Below are positions 1 to 9,150 of a stretch of DNA of 64,000 nucleotides, piece after piece; positions within the stretch are counted from its first letter, which is position 1; every line of letters begins with the position of its first letter. The stretch covers positions 11,988-75,987 of the forward strand of contig JABDDE010000002.1 in the NCBI GenBank assembly GCA_013287775.1, in the 5' to 3' direction. The stretch comes from Chlamydiota bacterium. Lineage in GTDB: Bacteria > Chlamydiota > Chlamydiia > Chlamydiales > FEN-1388. Made by a program: the position numbers and the translations under genes. Below the pieces are notes generated by a model. It was not told the origin of the DNA. It saw only the letters and a list, made by a program, of their open reading frames with translations, and searched no databases.

Positions 1-1
1 G

Positions 2-235
2 CTTGCCTATAATCGTGCATTTTGTGCTGTGAAGGATGCAAGCGGTACAGAATATAATAAGTGGGGATTCATTGCCGACTATGCCACAGGGAAGAACACG
101 GGTGGTGGCGGTGGTTTTGGGGTTACTTGTAACTTTACACCCACCATCAACATAACTACAGGCCCCACATGGTTTAATGACCACACTATCAATGGTTCGT
201 GGCAGTGGACTATACAGCTGAGTGTGAGTGTGTAA
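2..235 (+). CDS. 3' end of a gene that begins upstream of the window; Gly-rich hypothetical protein
   Basis: Frame is open from nt 2 to the stop at 233-235 (ORF track shows only 29-235). No family recognised. Confidence 0.35.
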   Translation, partial: LAYNRAFCAVKDASGTEYNKWGFIADYATGKNTGGGGGFGVTCNFTPTINITTGPTWFNDHTINGSWQWTIQLSVSV

Positions 236-289
236 TTAGTTACCATCATGTGCGCATTTTCCTATGGAAAATGGCACATGATGGTAAAT

Positions 290-685
290 TTATGTGTTTG
301 TACCCATTTGGCTCTTGCTACGCAGGACACCTTCAATATGCGCCATACGATTATCTAAAAGCCGTTGATTGTGATCAAGATTACCTACGGCTGCTTTTAC
401 TTCAGTAATTCCTTGAGTTAATCTTGATTCAAGGCTAGTCATGTCATATTTTAATCTTGTTTCAAGGCTATTCATATCGCCTTTTAATCTTGATTCAAGG
501 CTGTGTATATCATCTTTTAGTCGTGTGTCAAGTCTTGATTCAAGGCGTTGCATATCGTCTTTTAATCTCGTTTCAAGTCTCTCCATTTTTTCATTAGAGC
601 GGTGGTAAAAGAACCATACAATCGCCAAGATGGCAATGATATTCTGAATGTCAAAACCTTTTAAAAACTGTACTACCTCGTCCAT
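290..685 (-). CDS. membrane-anchored tandem-repeat (11-residue) coiled-coil protein
   Basis: ATG at 685 is preceded by AAAGGAG. N-terminal TM helix (IIAILAIVWFFY) is followed by five M/I-x-S/R-L-E-S/T-R-L-K-x-D repeats. The ORF-track extension to 796 runs through a palindrome and is unlikely. Confidence 0.6.
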   Translation of the reverse strand: MDEVVQFLKGFDIQNIIAILAIVWFFYHRSNEKMERLETRLKDDMQRLESRLDTRLKDDIHSLESRLKGDMNSLETRLKYDMTSLESRLTQGITEVKAAVGNLDHNQRLLDNRMAHIEGVLRSKSQMGTNT

Positions 686-760
686 ATTTTCTCCTTTTAG
701 GCCACTTGTGGCATAATGGCATCGTGATGATATGTAGCATAGCAATTTAGTGTTTTTTTT

Positions 761-799
761 GTCATGTGCAATTTTCCAAAAGGAAAATTTGTACATGAC
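761..799. repeat. PAL-1 palindrome (subtype A), near-perfect
   Basis: gtcatgtgcaattttcc-aaaa-ggaaaatttgtacatgac, 9 nt downstream of the permease stop at 809. Confidence 0.9.
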
Positions 800-808
800 A
801 TAACATGA

Positions 809-2077
809 TTACGGCAGAATATTCACATCGAAATCGAGTTCACGAACATCGGTCACGGCAGGGATGTGCCCTGTACGCATGAAGACCTCAATAAGCAGCA
901 CGCCCACAAAGAAGGCACACACAAACATAAGAACAGGTTTGGAGCTTGGAATGCGATATGAATCTCCTGCTCGCTTCATATACACGTATCTGCCAAGCCA
1001 GATCATGCATACAGGCATGATGCCATTTAAGATGGCATCCCCAAAGCCTCCTGAGACGTCTAAAGCTAAAAGAAAGATTTTCTCAAGAGATATAGCTGAA
1101 ACAAGTGTGGGCACAATAATGAGGAGTGCAAGCAGCACGCCTCCCTTGCCTTTCTTGGAGATACTCAGGCCGTCACTTAAAAAGTCATATAGCCCCAGCG
1201 ACATGCCAAAAAAAGAAGTCACCAGTGCAAAGAACGCAAAGAAATGCGCACACATCTCAAGAAGGCCATTAGAGACATGCTTGCCAAGATAATGCGTTGC
1301 TGCATGCCCCCCTTTCAAGGCTTCGAGAAGACCGTGTGGACCTGAAACTGGCACTGATCCTAAAACAATGAACTGCCAAATAAGATAGAAAATAAGCGCA
1401 ATGGAAGTGCCGGCGATGATTGCAACTTTTAATGATTTCCCATCATGCTGTAAATAAGGATGCAGGCTTGGCACCATGGTCTGCATGCTAAAAGAGGTAA
1501 GCAACATAGGTAGTGCTAGCGCGGCTATACCCCAATCTTGCCGTTCAAGAAGTTTTGGCTTTACTTCTTGGCTGCCAAGCACCACGATGATCACATAGGC
1601 TGCAAGCATGGCATAAAAGAGCCAGCTGTTTACTTTCCCAAGTATCTTGTGGCTGCAAAAAATAATCGGCCCAAAGAGGAGCATGAAGATAATACAGCCC
1701 ACTCCATGAGAGAGCTCTCCAAGCCTCAGATACTCGGCTGCTTGGGTAATCAAATGACCTCCACCTGCTGTGTAGGCCACAATCGAGGCGTATGAAATGA
1801 AGAGATAGATAATCCATGCAATGGCCTTCCCTGGCAGGCCAAGCAAAGAAGACGACATGGAGATGACATGGGCATCATCTTTTCGCATCCAAAACCCCAC
1901 TTCCGTGAGATACAGCGCCGTCGCTGTCATCGCCGCCCAGGCCACGATCATCATGATGGCGCTAGGAACAAAGCCTATCTGCGCAGTAACTACTGGGAGC
2001 GCAAGCATCCCACCACCAATACAGGTTCCTGCAACCAGAAAAATAGCACTAAAAAGGTCGGGAGAATATTTTTTCAT
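809..2077 (-). CDS. aromatic/hydroxy amino acid permease (HAAAP family, TyrP/Mtr/TnaB-like)
   Basis: 422-aa polytopic membrane protein. The N-terminal FLVAGTCIGGGMLALP motif is typical of this family. Confidence 0.75.
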   Translation of the reverse strand: MKKYSPDLFSAIFLVAGTCIGGGMLALPVVTAQIGFVPSAIMMIVAWAAMTATALYLTEVGFWMRKDDAHVISMSSSLLGLPGKAIAWIIYLFISYASIVAYTAGGGHLITQAAEYLRLGELSHGVGCIIFMLLFGPIIFCSHKILGKVNSWLFYAMLAAYVIIVVLGSQEVKPKLLERQDWGIAALALPMLLTSFSMQTMVPSLHPYLQHDGKSLKVAIIAGTSIALIFYLIWQFIVLGSVPVSGPHGLLEALKGGHAATHYLGKHVSNGLLEMCAHFFAFFALVTSFFGMSLGLYDFLSDGLSISKKGKGGVLLALLIIVPTLVSAISLEKIFLLALDVSGGFGDAILNGIMPVCMIWLGRYVYMKRAGDSYRIPSSKPVLMFVCAFFVGVLLIEVFMRTGHIPAVTDVRELDFDVNILP

Positions 2078-2212
2078 AATTTCGTCTCTACATTATATCC
2101 TGGAGGCACCTTTTTTTGCAAATTTATTTTCCTTTGTATTTTTTTCTTGTCTAAAAAAATTCTTTTTGTTACACCGGAGCCTATATACAACCAAAATTAA
2201 CGGAGAGTATCT

Positions 2213-3382
2213 ATGTTAAAAAAATTATTTACATCGCTTATGTCTCTTGCGGTACTGGTAGTTTCAGTGCCGGAGATGCAGGCGGCAGAAATTCCTTTTT
2301 CTCGACATGAGTTGATTGCAAAAAGGACTGAAAGGACTGAGAGGACAGGCATTGAAATCTTAAAACGAGGCCCTCGTGGTGAGCGCGGCAAACGTGGAAA
2401 ACATGGAAAACATGGCAAAGCTGGCGCAACAGGTGCCACAGGCGCGACAGGTGCGCCAGGCCCAGTAAATTTTATTGCACCGCACGACCTATTTGTGGAT
2501 GCAGCAACGACCCAGGATCAGGCCACGGCAAATGGTACCCTTGCCATGCCCTTCAGCACGGTTCAGGCAGCGATTAATAGGGCCACAACCATACTTCAAC
2601 CCACAAATGCCACACAGTTTATCCTTGGTACTAGTATTTATATAGCCGGTAACACCTATTCTGAGAACCCAGTTATCAATGGTACCTCTAACCGAATTAC
2701 CCTTGTCGCTATGGGTGACGTGATTTTGGGCACTGGTGCTACGACGACAGTAACGTACAATCTTACGGGTGCCAATACGCAATTTGGAACGGAAATTAAC
2801 CCAGCGCTTATCATTGAAAGCTGGACATCCCATGATGCTCCGCAAACAGCATCATCGTTTGTGAGGAACAGTGGAACGCCCGCTTTTCGTTTGTTAGGTG
2901 CCATAGAAATTAATAACAATTCTAACGTGACAGTGAATCTTGTATTCAATGGGGAGGCAACCACTGTTATTCCCAATACCCCTCGTGTTGCTATGAATTT
3001 TTTTAATTCTATCATTCATAATGATTTGAATATAGGGGCAACTAATAACCTTGCAGATGCGGTAAATACTGTGTTTCTCGGTAACGTAATGGGTCAGATC
3101 CGCTATGCTAATGAGTGCGTCTTTGATGGCGGTCTGACGCTTACAAGTGATGTTGTCATTACTCAAGGGGCCGGGGAACAAATTGGCTTTATCAATTGTG
3201 AAATAAACAATTTTTTGAACGCTAATGGCTTTACATTTTTTGTAGATGCATTTACCAATTGTTGGTTAAAAGGTTCCAATGGCCTTTCACCAAGCCCTCC
3301 TAACTATTCGCCACCATTAGTAATGGGAGTGAATGTGATTTCTCCATTTAACAAGAAAATTATTGGCGATACAACACAATAA
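2213..3382 (+). CDS. secreted collagen-like protein with beta-helix-like C-terminal domain
   Basis: Signal peptide, Gly-X-Y run RGPRGERGKRGKHGKHGKAGATGATGATGAPGP (nt 2369-2464), then ~290 aa starting DLFVDAATTQDQATANGTLAMPF..VQAAIN..IYIAGNTY..ITLVAMG. GGAG RBS upstream. Confidence 0.8.
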   Translation: MLKKLFTSLMSLAVLVVSVPEMQAAEIPFSRHELIAKRTERTERTGIEILKRGPRGERGKRGKHGKHGKAGATGATGATGAPGPVNFIAPHDLFVDAATTQDQATANGTLAMPFSTVQAAINRATTILQPTNATQFILGTSIYIAGNTYSENPVINGTSNRITLVAMGDVILGTGATTTVTYNLTGANTQFGTEINPALIIESWTSHDAPQTASSFVRNSGTPAFRLLGAIEINNNSNVTVNLVFNGEATTVIPNTPRVAMNFFNSIIHNDLNIGATNNLADAVNTVFLGNVMGQIRYANECVFDGGLTLTSDVVITQGAGEQIGFINCEINNFLNANGFTFFVDAFTNCWLKGSNGLSPSPPNYSPPLVMGVNVISPFNKKIIGDTTQ

Positions 3383-3459
3383 CAAAAACGTCATGTTCGC
3401 ATTTTTTGTACGGGAAATGGTGCATGACGAAAACATTTAACACGCAAATGGGAGATTTT

Positions 3460-4656
3460 ATGATTAAAAAATATTATACAATTATCGTGGCTTTGATGCT
3501 AAGTACCTGTTTTATGGGGGATATCTCCGCTCGAGAGATTCCTTTTTCACGCGGTCAGTTATATGCCAAAAGGCGAGGCTCTGACATTGATAGATTGCAA
3601 GTGCTCAGAGGGCCTAAAGGGGAACGTGGCAAGCGAGGCAGGCATGGTAGAGATGGTAAACATGGAAAGCATGGAGCTGCCGGTGCAACAGGCGCGACCG
3701 GTGCGACAGGAGCCACAGGAGCCACAGGGGCACCGGGTCCAGTGAATTTTATTGCACCACATGATTTATTCGTCGATGCAGCAACCACACAAGACCAAGC
3801 GACAGCAAATGGTACTCTTGCTATGCCTTACAAAAGCATTCAAGCAGCTATTAATGCAGTTCCAATAGCAACCGACAGCGCTTCGTTTACACTGGGTACA
3901 ACTATTTATATAGCTGGCAATAACTACACTGCTGAAGACTTGACAATTAACGGAGATTCAAAACGCATCACCCTCGTCGCTATGGGGGATGTAGTTGTAG
4001 GCACAGGCAGTGCAGGATCGAGTTCAATAACGTGGTTCACTACAGGTGCAAATAATGATTTTACATCAGGTAAATTGACTACAACACTCACTATTGAAAG
4101 TTTGACGTCTTTGGATAATTCGCAAGCAACTGGGGCATCGCTTGCTATGGACGAAACTCCAGGAATACCTGCATTTCGTCTTCAATCGCAGATCACTGCA
4201 ACGACAGCATCGACGGATGATGTCAGCTTAGTAATCAATGCGGGGCTTCCTACTGTGGTTGCGACGGTAACGGGAAATGGCGACATGAATGTATTCTTCT
4301 ACAATTCTGTTGTTAACCAAGCCCTCAACCTCTCGTCATCGGGCGTGTCTATGAGTGCGGTTAATTCTGTGTTTCTAGGCAGTGTTACGGGCCTCATTCC
4401 GTATGCTTCACGCTCCTGTTTTGAGGGTGGGATAGTGCTTTCTGGCTCTACGATATATACTAGCGGAATTGGTCAGCGTCTTGGTTTCCAGGAATGCACA
4501 ATAAACACATCGTTCAATGGAGCGACCTTCGTTTTCTATGTTGATGCTTATACAAATAGGTGGCTAGAAAATAATGGAGGCACTCCAATTCCTGGGGTTC
4601 CTCAATTCACTCCAACCAACGTTGGTAATAAAGTAATTCTTGCTAGCGTAACCTAA
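3460..4656 (+). CDS. secreted collagen-like protein, paralogue of 2213-3382
   Basis: ATG at 3460 with GGAG 5 nt upstream. Signal peptide, 15 Gly-X-Y triplets (nt 3610-3741), and the same C-terminal domain start as the neighbour. Confidence 0.8.
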   Translation: MIKKYYTIIVALMLSTCFMGDISAREIPFSRGQLYAKRRGSDIDRLQVLRGPKGERGKRGRHGRDGKHGKHGAAGATGATGATGATGATGAPGPVNFIAPHDLFVDAATTQDQATANGTLAMPYKSIQAAINAVPIATDSASFTLGTTIYIAGNNYTAEDLTINGDSKRITLVAMGDVVVGTGSAGSSSITWFTTGANNDFTSGKLTTTLTIESLTSLDNSQATGASLAMDETPGIPAFRLQSQITATTASTDDVSLVINAGLPTVVATVTGNGDMNVFFYNSVVNQALNLSSSGVSMSAVNSVFLGSVTGLIPYASRSCFEGGIVLSGSTIYTSGIGQRLGFQECTINTSFNGATFVFYVDAYTNRWLENNGGTPIPGVPQFTPTNVGNKVILASVT

Positions 4657-4670
4657 ACCTATCATCCCAT

Positions 4671-4709
4671 TTACACTGATGGCGCTCCGTAAGGAGCCCA
4701 TCAGTGTAA
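4671..4709 (+). terminator. hairpin downstream of the collagen-like gene (terminator candidate)
   Basis: ttacactgatggcgctcc-gtaa-ggagcccatcagtgtaa, ~17-bp stem with one bulge, 15 nt after the stop. No clear U tract. Confidence 0.35.
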
Positions 4710-4830
4710 ATGTTCAGTGTAATTGTTCTTCTTGCCTTTTTCTCCCATCCTCCGTATCATATTTGTTACATCGAATAACAAATGAAATATTTTATTATTA
4801 ACATAATCTTAACAAATAGGGTTTACGGGT

Positions 4831-6471
4831 ATGAATTCTTTTATCATTAGCAAGCAGCTTGGTGTCATTGCGGACGAACTACAACATACAGCTGATGCCA
4901 CGCGCGTGGCAATACGACCAGGGCCACAGCGTCGCATCACCATACTACAAGAGTCCAATACATGGGCTGATTGTATTCATCGTCATATCTTGTGGATCGC
5001 ATCACAGATAGGAGCGCTTTTTGGCAAGACGATCCCCTATTCCATCTTAGCACCCGACGACATATCCACAACGCTGAGCTATTTGCAACACATCTTTGGC
5101 GCAAAGCGGCTGCAGCGCCTGGATAAGGCACTTTCCTTCAATCTTTCTGCAAAGGAGGGTTCTCGTGAATATTTTACACGCAAAGATGTGGCAAAGATTT
5201 TTGCTGGTGCTGAAGAGGTGACCTGGGAGGACATGCAGGAGCTCTTTCAGGAGATTAAAACCCCGAGTGCTGCTATTCGATATTTAACCATTATAGAGTC
5301 GGATGTACTTCGCAATACTTTTCGTGATGCTGCAACCCTTGATGGCTGCTGTAAGCGACAATATGATATGCTCAAGCGTCTCCTTGCTCCTTTTGCAAAA
5401 ATCGAGCATGCTTTCCTGCACTCTATGCCGGTTGCTCATCCGGTTATGGAAAGCACACTTACGGAGAAAAAGCTACGCTGCCTTACCTATCATGCGCTGC
5501 GGCACTACCATGCCGATGCTCCACACTTTTCATTTCTTGTGGCCAAAGAGCTCGCTGGGAGGGCTCTTCCGAAAGGAGTTCTTATCCCTCATCATTATGG
5601 TTATTTTGAAAACATGCGCTGCATTGAAGGTGGCGGCGAGCAAAAATACCTGCTCAAAAACCATGGCTCGCCTTGGGTGCCAAGTGCTGTGCTTTATCGA
5701 GGAACGAATCCTGGTAACCCGGCGTCGCTTGCGGCCCTCATTGCGCAGCATATCGGGGAAGATGGGATAAAAGTGAACTTTGAAGAGACTCTACGCTATC
5801 TCACCAGCCCGGCACTTGGATTTGTACGAAAGAGTGATGAGCCTTTGATGGCAATTGGCTTTAGTCAAGGAGGCTGCCATGCCTCATTGTGGTCACATCT
5901 TCTTCCGCACCGATTTCGTCATATCGTAACCATATGTGCGCCGGGCATTGAAAGGAACAAGGCTTTAGAATATGCGCAGCGTGTTGAAGGCTTAAATATC
6001 AAAATTGATCATATAGGGGAACCCGATGATGATATCGATCAATTTGGTGAGGCGCATCTTGGTGTGAATACATCTATTAGGAATGTCGAAGTATCGATTC
6101 ATATTGCCCATCCTGGTGCAGGACGCAGAGCTATCATTCATCGACTTCCTTGCCCTAAATCGATAGGAGCGGCCTTGGGCCGAATCCTCTTTGGCTACCC
6201 TGCAAGCCACTGTAGACCCGCTCTCGGACGCTCGCTTATCTTCACAAAGCTTTCTACGGCCGATGCGACGCAGGCACCGTTGGTTGAGCGATTCTTGTCG
6301 CACGATGGGGCCTTTCGAGATCAGATGTGGGAGCGATACCGAAAGATCTTTGCTGCTGCCATGCGGCGTGTGTTATTCGAATGGCAGACGTCAGTTAAAA
6401 ATGCGTATACTGGATTGCTGGAGCTGGGCGAACTCATGATGCAGGGCGCAGAAGAGGCAAGACCTGCATAG
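4831..6471 (+). CDS. large hypothetical protein with alpha/beta-hydrolase (lipase-like) nucleophile elbow
   Basis: 546 aa with no signal peptide. GFSQGG (G-x-S-x-G) in the C-terminal half. No other family recognised. Confidence 0.55.
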   Translation: MNSFIISKQLGVIADELQHTADATRVAIRPGPQRRITILQESNTWADCIHRHILWIASQIGALFGKTIPYSILAPDDISTTLSYLQHIFGAKRLQRLDKALSFNLSAKEGSREYFTRKDVAKIFAGAEEVTWEDMQELFQEIKTPSAAIRYLTIIESDVLRNTFRDAATLDGCCKRQYDMLKRLLAPFAKIEHAFLHSMPVAHPVMESTLTEKKLRCLTYHALRHYHADAPHFSFLVAKELAGRALPKGVLIPHHYGYFENMRCIEGGGEQKYLLKNHGSPWVPSAVLYRGTNPGNPASLAALIAQHIGEDGIKVNFEETLRYLTSPALGFVRKSDEPLMAIGFSQGGCHASLWSHLLPHRFRHIVTICAPGIERNKALEYAQRVEGLNIKIDHIGEPDDDIDQFGEAHLGVNTSIRNVEVSIHIAHPGAGRRAIIHRLPCPKSIGAALGRILFGYPASHCRPALGRSLIFTKLSTADATQAPLVERFLSHDGAFRDQMWERYRKIFAAAMRRVLFEWQTSVKNAYTGLLELGELMMQGAEEARPA

Positions 6472-6639
6472 GAGTGCTCTCCTCTCCAACCATATCTGAA
6501 TTTTGCTCGCCAAAAATAGCATAGAAAGGCGATAATGTACCCATGGCAATGCCCTGGAGGGGACTATAAATTATGTTATTAAAAGACGACAATGATAGAG
6601 CAATTTTTTTTGGACTCATAAGCGACCGGAGGGAGCTTC

Positions 6640-7491
6640 ATGAGTCCAACTAGTTCAGTACACGCCTACTGCACCGCCAGCTCCTATGCCCTCAAGCAGC
6701 TCTACGAGGGGTTTAAGGTGCGCTATAAGGCCACCCTTATGAAGGACGTCGTGCATATCGAGGCAGAGCATGAAAACGACGAAGTAAAGGATATTTTCTG
6801 CTTCGGGTATGGCGTCACTGTTTTTTGGGGCTTTGAAGAAAAGGAAGAACATCGCTTTCTTAAAAAAATTCGTGCGTTTGAAAGCCGGTCGACAGAGCAG
6901 CCAGAGCGTGAACGGATGCATTTTTCGTTTGGCGAAGTTGCAAAGATCGAAGAAGAAGAGATTATTCTGCCAGATAGAGATCTCTACACACGCCTTGCTA
7001 TTTCACATGGGCTTGCACAGTCCGTAAAGCTTGCCACCTTTGAAAATACCATTCAAAAGACGATCGACACTACAAAAAATATTCCTGAGCAGCTGGCAGC
7101 ACAAGGAAAAATCCCCCTTTCTAAGAGAGAAATCCGAAAAAAAATGGGAGAGCTGTTTGTAGAAAGAAGTTCTGTGAATTTGCACTCAGATATTTTGGAT
7201 GTGCCAGAGTTTTTTTGGGAACATTCAGAGCTCGAGGCGCTTTATAGCATGATTGCGAATCACCTTGACCTGGAAACACGCATCGAAGTCCTCAATCAAC
7301 GCCTCGATACAGTACATGATCTATTCGAGATGCTCGGCAATGAGCTCAATCACCAGCATTCCAGCAAGCTCGAGTGGATCATCATCTGGCTTATTGTGAT
7401 TGAGGTGATTATTAGTTTATTTACACATTACGACCACACGACACGCTATAGGGTGCCACCATCAGTTACTGCTGCCAATGAAAGCCGATAA
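6640..7491 (+). CDS. DUF155 / RMD1 (YagE-like) family protein
   Basis: DIFCFGYGVTVFWGFEEKEE..FL core and a C-terminal TM helix, typical of the RMD1/Sif2/DUF155 family. Confidence 0.65.
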   Translation: MSPTSSVHAYCTASSYALKQLYEGFKVRYKATLMKDVVHIEAEHENDEVKDIFCFGYGVTVFWGFEEKEEHRFLKKIRAFESRSTEQPERERMHFSFGEVAKIEEEEIILPDRDLYTRLAISHGLAQSVKLATFENTIQKTIDTTKNIPEQLAAQGKIPLSKREIRKKMGELFVERSSVNLHSDILDVPEFFWEHSELEALYSMIANHLDLETRIEVLNQRLDTVHDLFEMLGNELNHQHSSKLEWIIIWLIVIEVIISLFTHYDHTTRYRVPPSVTAANESR

Positions 7492-8326
7492 CTATGTTCT
7501 TATTGACAGTGGACAAGGTAGAAAGCTCGAGCGCTTTGGCGACTATGTGCTTTCAAGACCATGTGCGCAAGCAGTCTGGAAACAGACCGCCTTGAAAAGC
7601 GAGTGGCATAGTGCTGATGCTGTCTTTACAAGAGAAGAAGAGAATCGCTGGGAGAAGAAAAAAAACACACCTGACAGCTGGCAGTGCTGTGTAGAAGATA
7701 TCCAATTTCACATTCGCCCTACAGATTTTGGCCATTTGGGCATTTTCCCCGAGCAAAAACCCCTCTGGTGCTGGATTCGAGACATGTGCCGGGCTAGTGC
7801 AGCCAAACGGGGCAGTCCACTCAAGGTGCTGAATCTATTTGCCTATTCTGGAGGCGCAACCCTGGCAGCAGCACAAGGAGGCGCTCAGGTTTGTCATCTC
7901 GATGCCTCAAAAGGAATGGTTGCATGGGCACGAGAAAATGCAGCCCTGAATGGCTTAGAGGGCGCCCCTATTCGCTGGATTATCGATGATGTAATGAAGT
8001 TTTTACAGCGAGAGGAGCGGCGTGGCAGTCTCTATGATGCCATTATTTTAGACCCGCCTACGTTCGGGCGTGGGGCAAAAGGAGAGCTGTTTAAAATCGA
8101 AGAAACCATCATCCCCCTTCTTGAATGTTGTCAAAGGCTTTTATCAAAAAACCCCGCTTTTGTACTCTTATCGTGTCATACGCCAGGCTTTACGCCTGAG
8201 ACGATCCATAACCTCCTTATACAAATTTTTGGTAGTAGCAGCGCCATTGAATGCGCTGAGATGTTACTCTCTTCCCCCAATACGTTCTCGGTTCCAAGCG
8301 GAGTATATGGAAGGTGGGTTGCATGA
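7478..8326 (+). CDS. class I SAM-dependent (rRNA) methyltransferase, RlmI/COG1092-like
   Basis: LNLFAYSGGATLAAA and ILDPPTFGRG motifs. 14-nt overlap with the upstream gene. Confidence 0.7.
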   Translation: MKADNYVLIDSGQGRKLERFGDYVLSRPCAQAVWKQTALKSEWHSADAVFTREEENRWEKKKNTPDSWQCCVEDIQFHIRPTDFGHLGIFPEQKPLWCWIRDMCRASAAKRGSPLKVLNLFAYSGGATLAAAQGGAQVCHLDASKGMVAWARENAALNGLEGAPIRWIIDDVMKFLQREERRGSLYDAIILDPPTFGRGAKGELFKIEETIIPLLECCQRLLSKNPAFVLLSCHTPGFTPETIHNLLIQIFGSSSAIECAEMLLSSPNTFSVPSGVYGRWVA

Positions 8327-9150
8327 AACCGCTTCTCATTACCAGTAGCGCCAATCCCAAAGTAAAGGACGTGCTGCATCTTTATGAAAAGCGCCACCGC
8401 GATGCCACACAGCACTTTATCGTGGAAGGCTACCGAGAAATTCTGCGCGCACTCGATGCAAAGACAGCGCTTATACAGCTCTTTGTTTGTGAAGAGCTGT
8501 TTTTAGGAAGTAATGAACAGGCGCTTATTGAAAAGGCAACAAAGCAGGGCGCTCAAATAATTTCTTGTCATGAATCAGTCTTTCGAAAAATGTCTTATCG
8601 AGACCGTCCTGATGGGTTGATAGCTATTGCCCATGCTTTTGAGGGGACTCTGACGACGATAGAGCGGGCGATAGAGGGAGTACATAGTCCACTTCTTGTG
8701 GTTGCAGAAGCCATTGAAAAGCCCGGGAATTTAGGGACTATACTTCGTACAAGCGATGCTGCAGGGGCGCATGGGGTGATTGTATGCGATCGCTGTACGG
8801 ATATCTATAATCCCAATGTAGTGCGCGCAAGTGTAGGAACGCTCTTTACAGTGCCTGTAGCCGAAGCCTCAAGTAATGAGACTGTGTCCTGGCTACGCTC
8901 TCGAGGCATTAAGATGGTTGCTGCGACGCCGCATTCTCCCAAGAACTACTTTGACGTCGATCTCAAGGGCCCTATTGCCATTATCGTAGGCGCTGAACAA
9001 GTGGGCCTGAGTCCCCTCTGGCTAGAGCAGGCAGACATAACAGTGAAAATCCCTATGCATGGCGCTGCCGATTCCTTGAATGTCGCGCAGGCAACCACCA
9101 TTTTGTTATATGAAGCAGTACGACAGCGCGCGTCCACAGATTCTCTTTGA
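8323..9150 (+). CDS. TrmH/SpoU family RNA 2'-O-methyltransferase
   Basis: ATGA overlap with the upstream stop (8323-8326). GNLGTILRTSDAAG and SLNVAQA motifs. Confidence 0.8.
   Translation: MKPLLITSSANPKVKDVLHLYEKRHRDATQHFIVEGYREILRALDAKTALIQLFVCEELFLGSNEQALIEKATKQGAQIISCHESVFRKMSYRDRPDGLIAIAHAFEGTLTTIERAIEGVHSPLLVVAEAIEKPGNLGTILRTSDAAGAHGVIVCDRCTDIYNPNVVRASVGTLFTVPVAEASSNETVSWLRSRGIKMVAATPHSPKNYFDVDLKGPIAIIVGAEQVGLSPLWLEQADITVKIPMHGAADSLNVAQATTILLYEAVRQRASTDSL

Noticed and set aside
864-2219. Several 85-142-aa ORFs antisense to, or out of frame with, the permease gene
   Set aside because: They overlap a 422-aa membrane protein with clear family features and have low-complexity or basic composition typical of shadow ORFs. 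The same reasoning applies to 14813-16156, 57384-58012, 51709-52739 and 54642-57005.
3555-3788. Antisense ORFs across the collagen-like repeat (PVAPVAPVAPVAP..) and similar ones at 2197-2439, 58599-58856 and 60994-61293
   Set aside because: They are shadow frames of the GC-rich Gly-X-Y coding repeat. They have no RBS and lie entirely inside better-supported genes on the other strand.
2213-4656. Collagen-like plus beta-helix genes as prophage tail-fibre or tailspike genes
   Set aside because: There are no phage structural, lysis, integrase or terminase genes in the neighbourhood, and both proteins carry Sec-type signal peptides. They are treated as chromosomal surface-protein genes.
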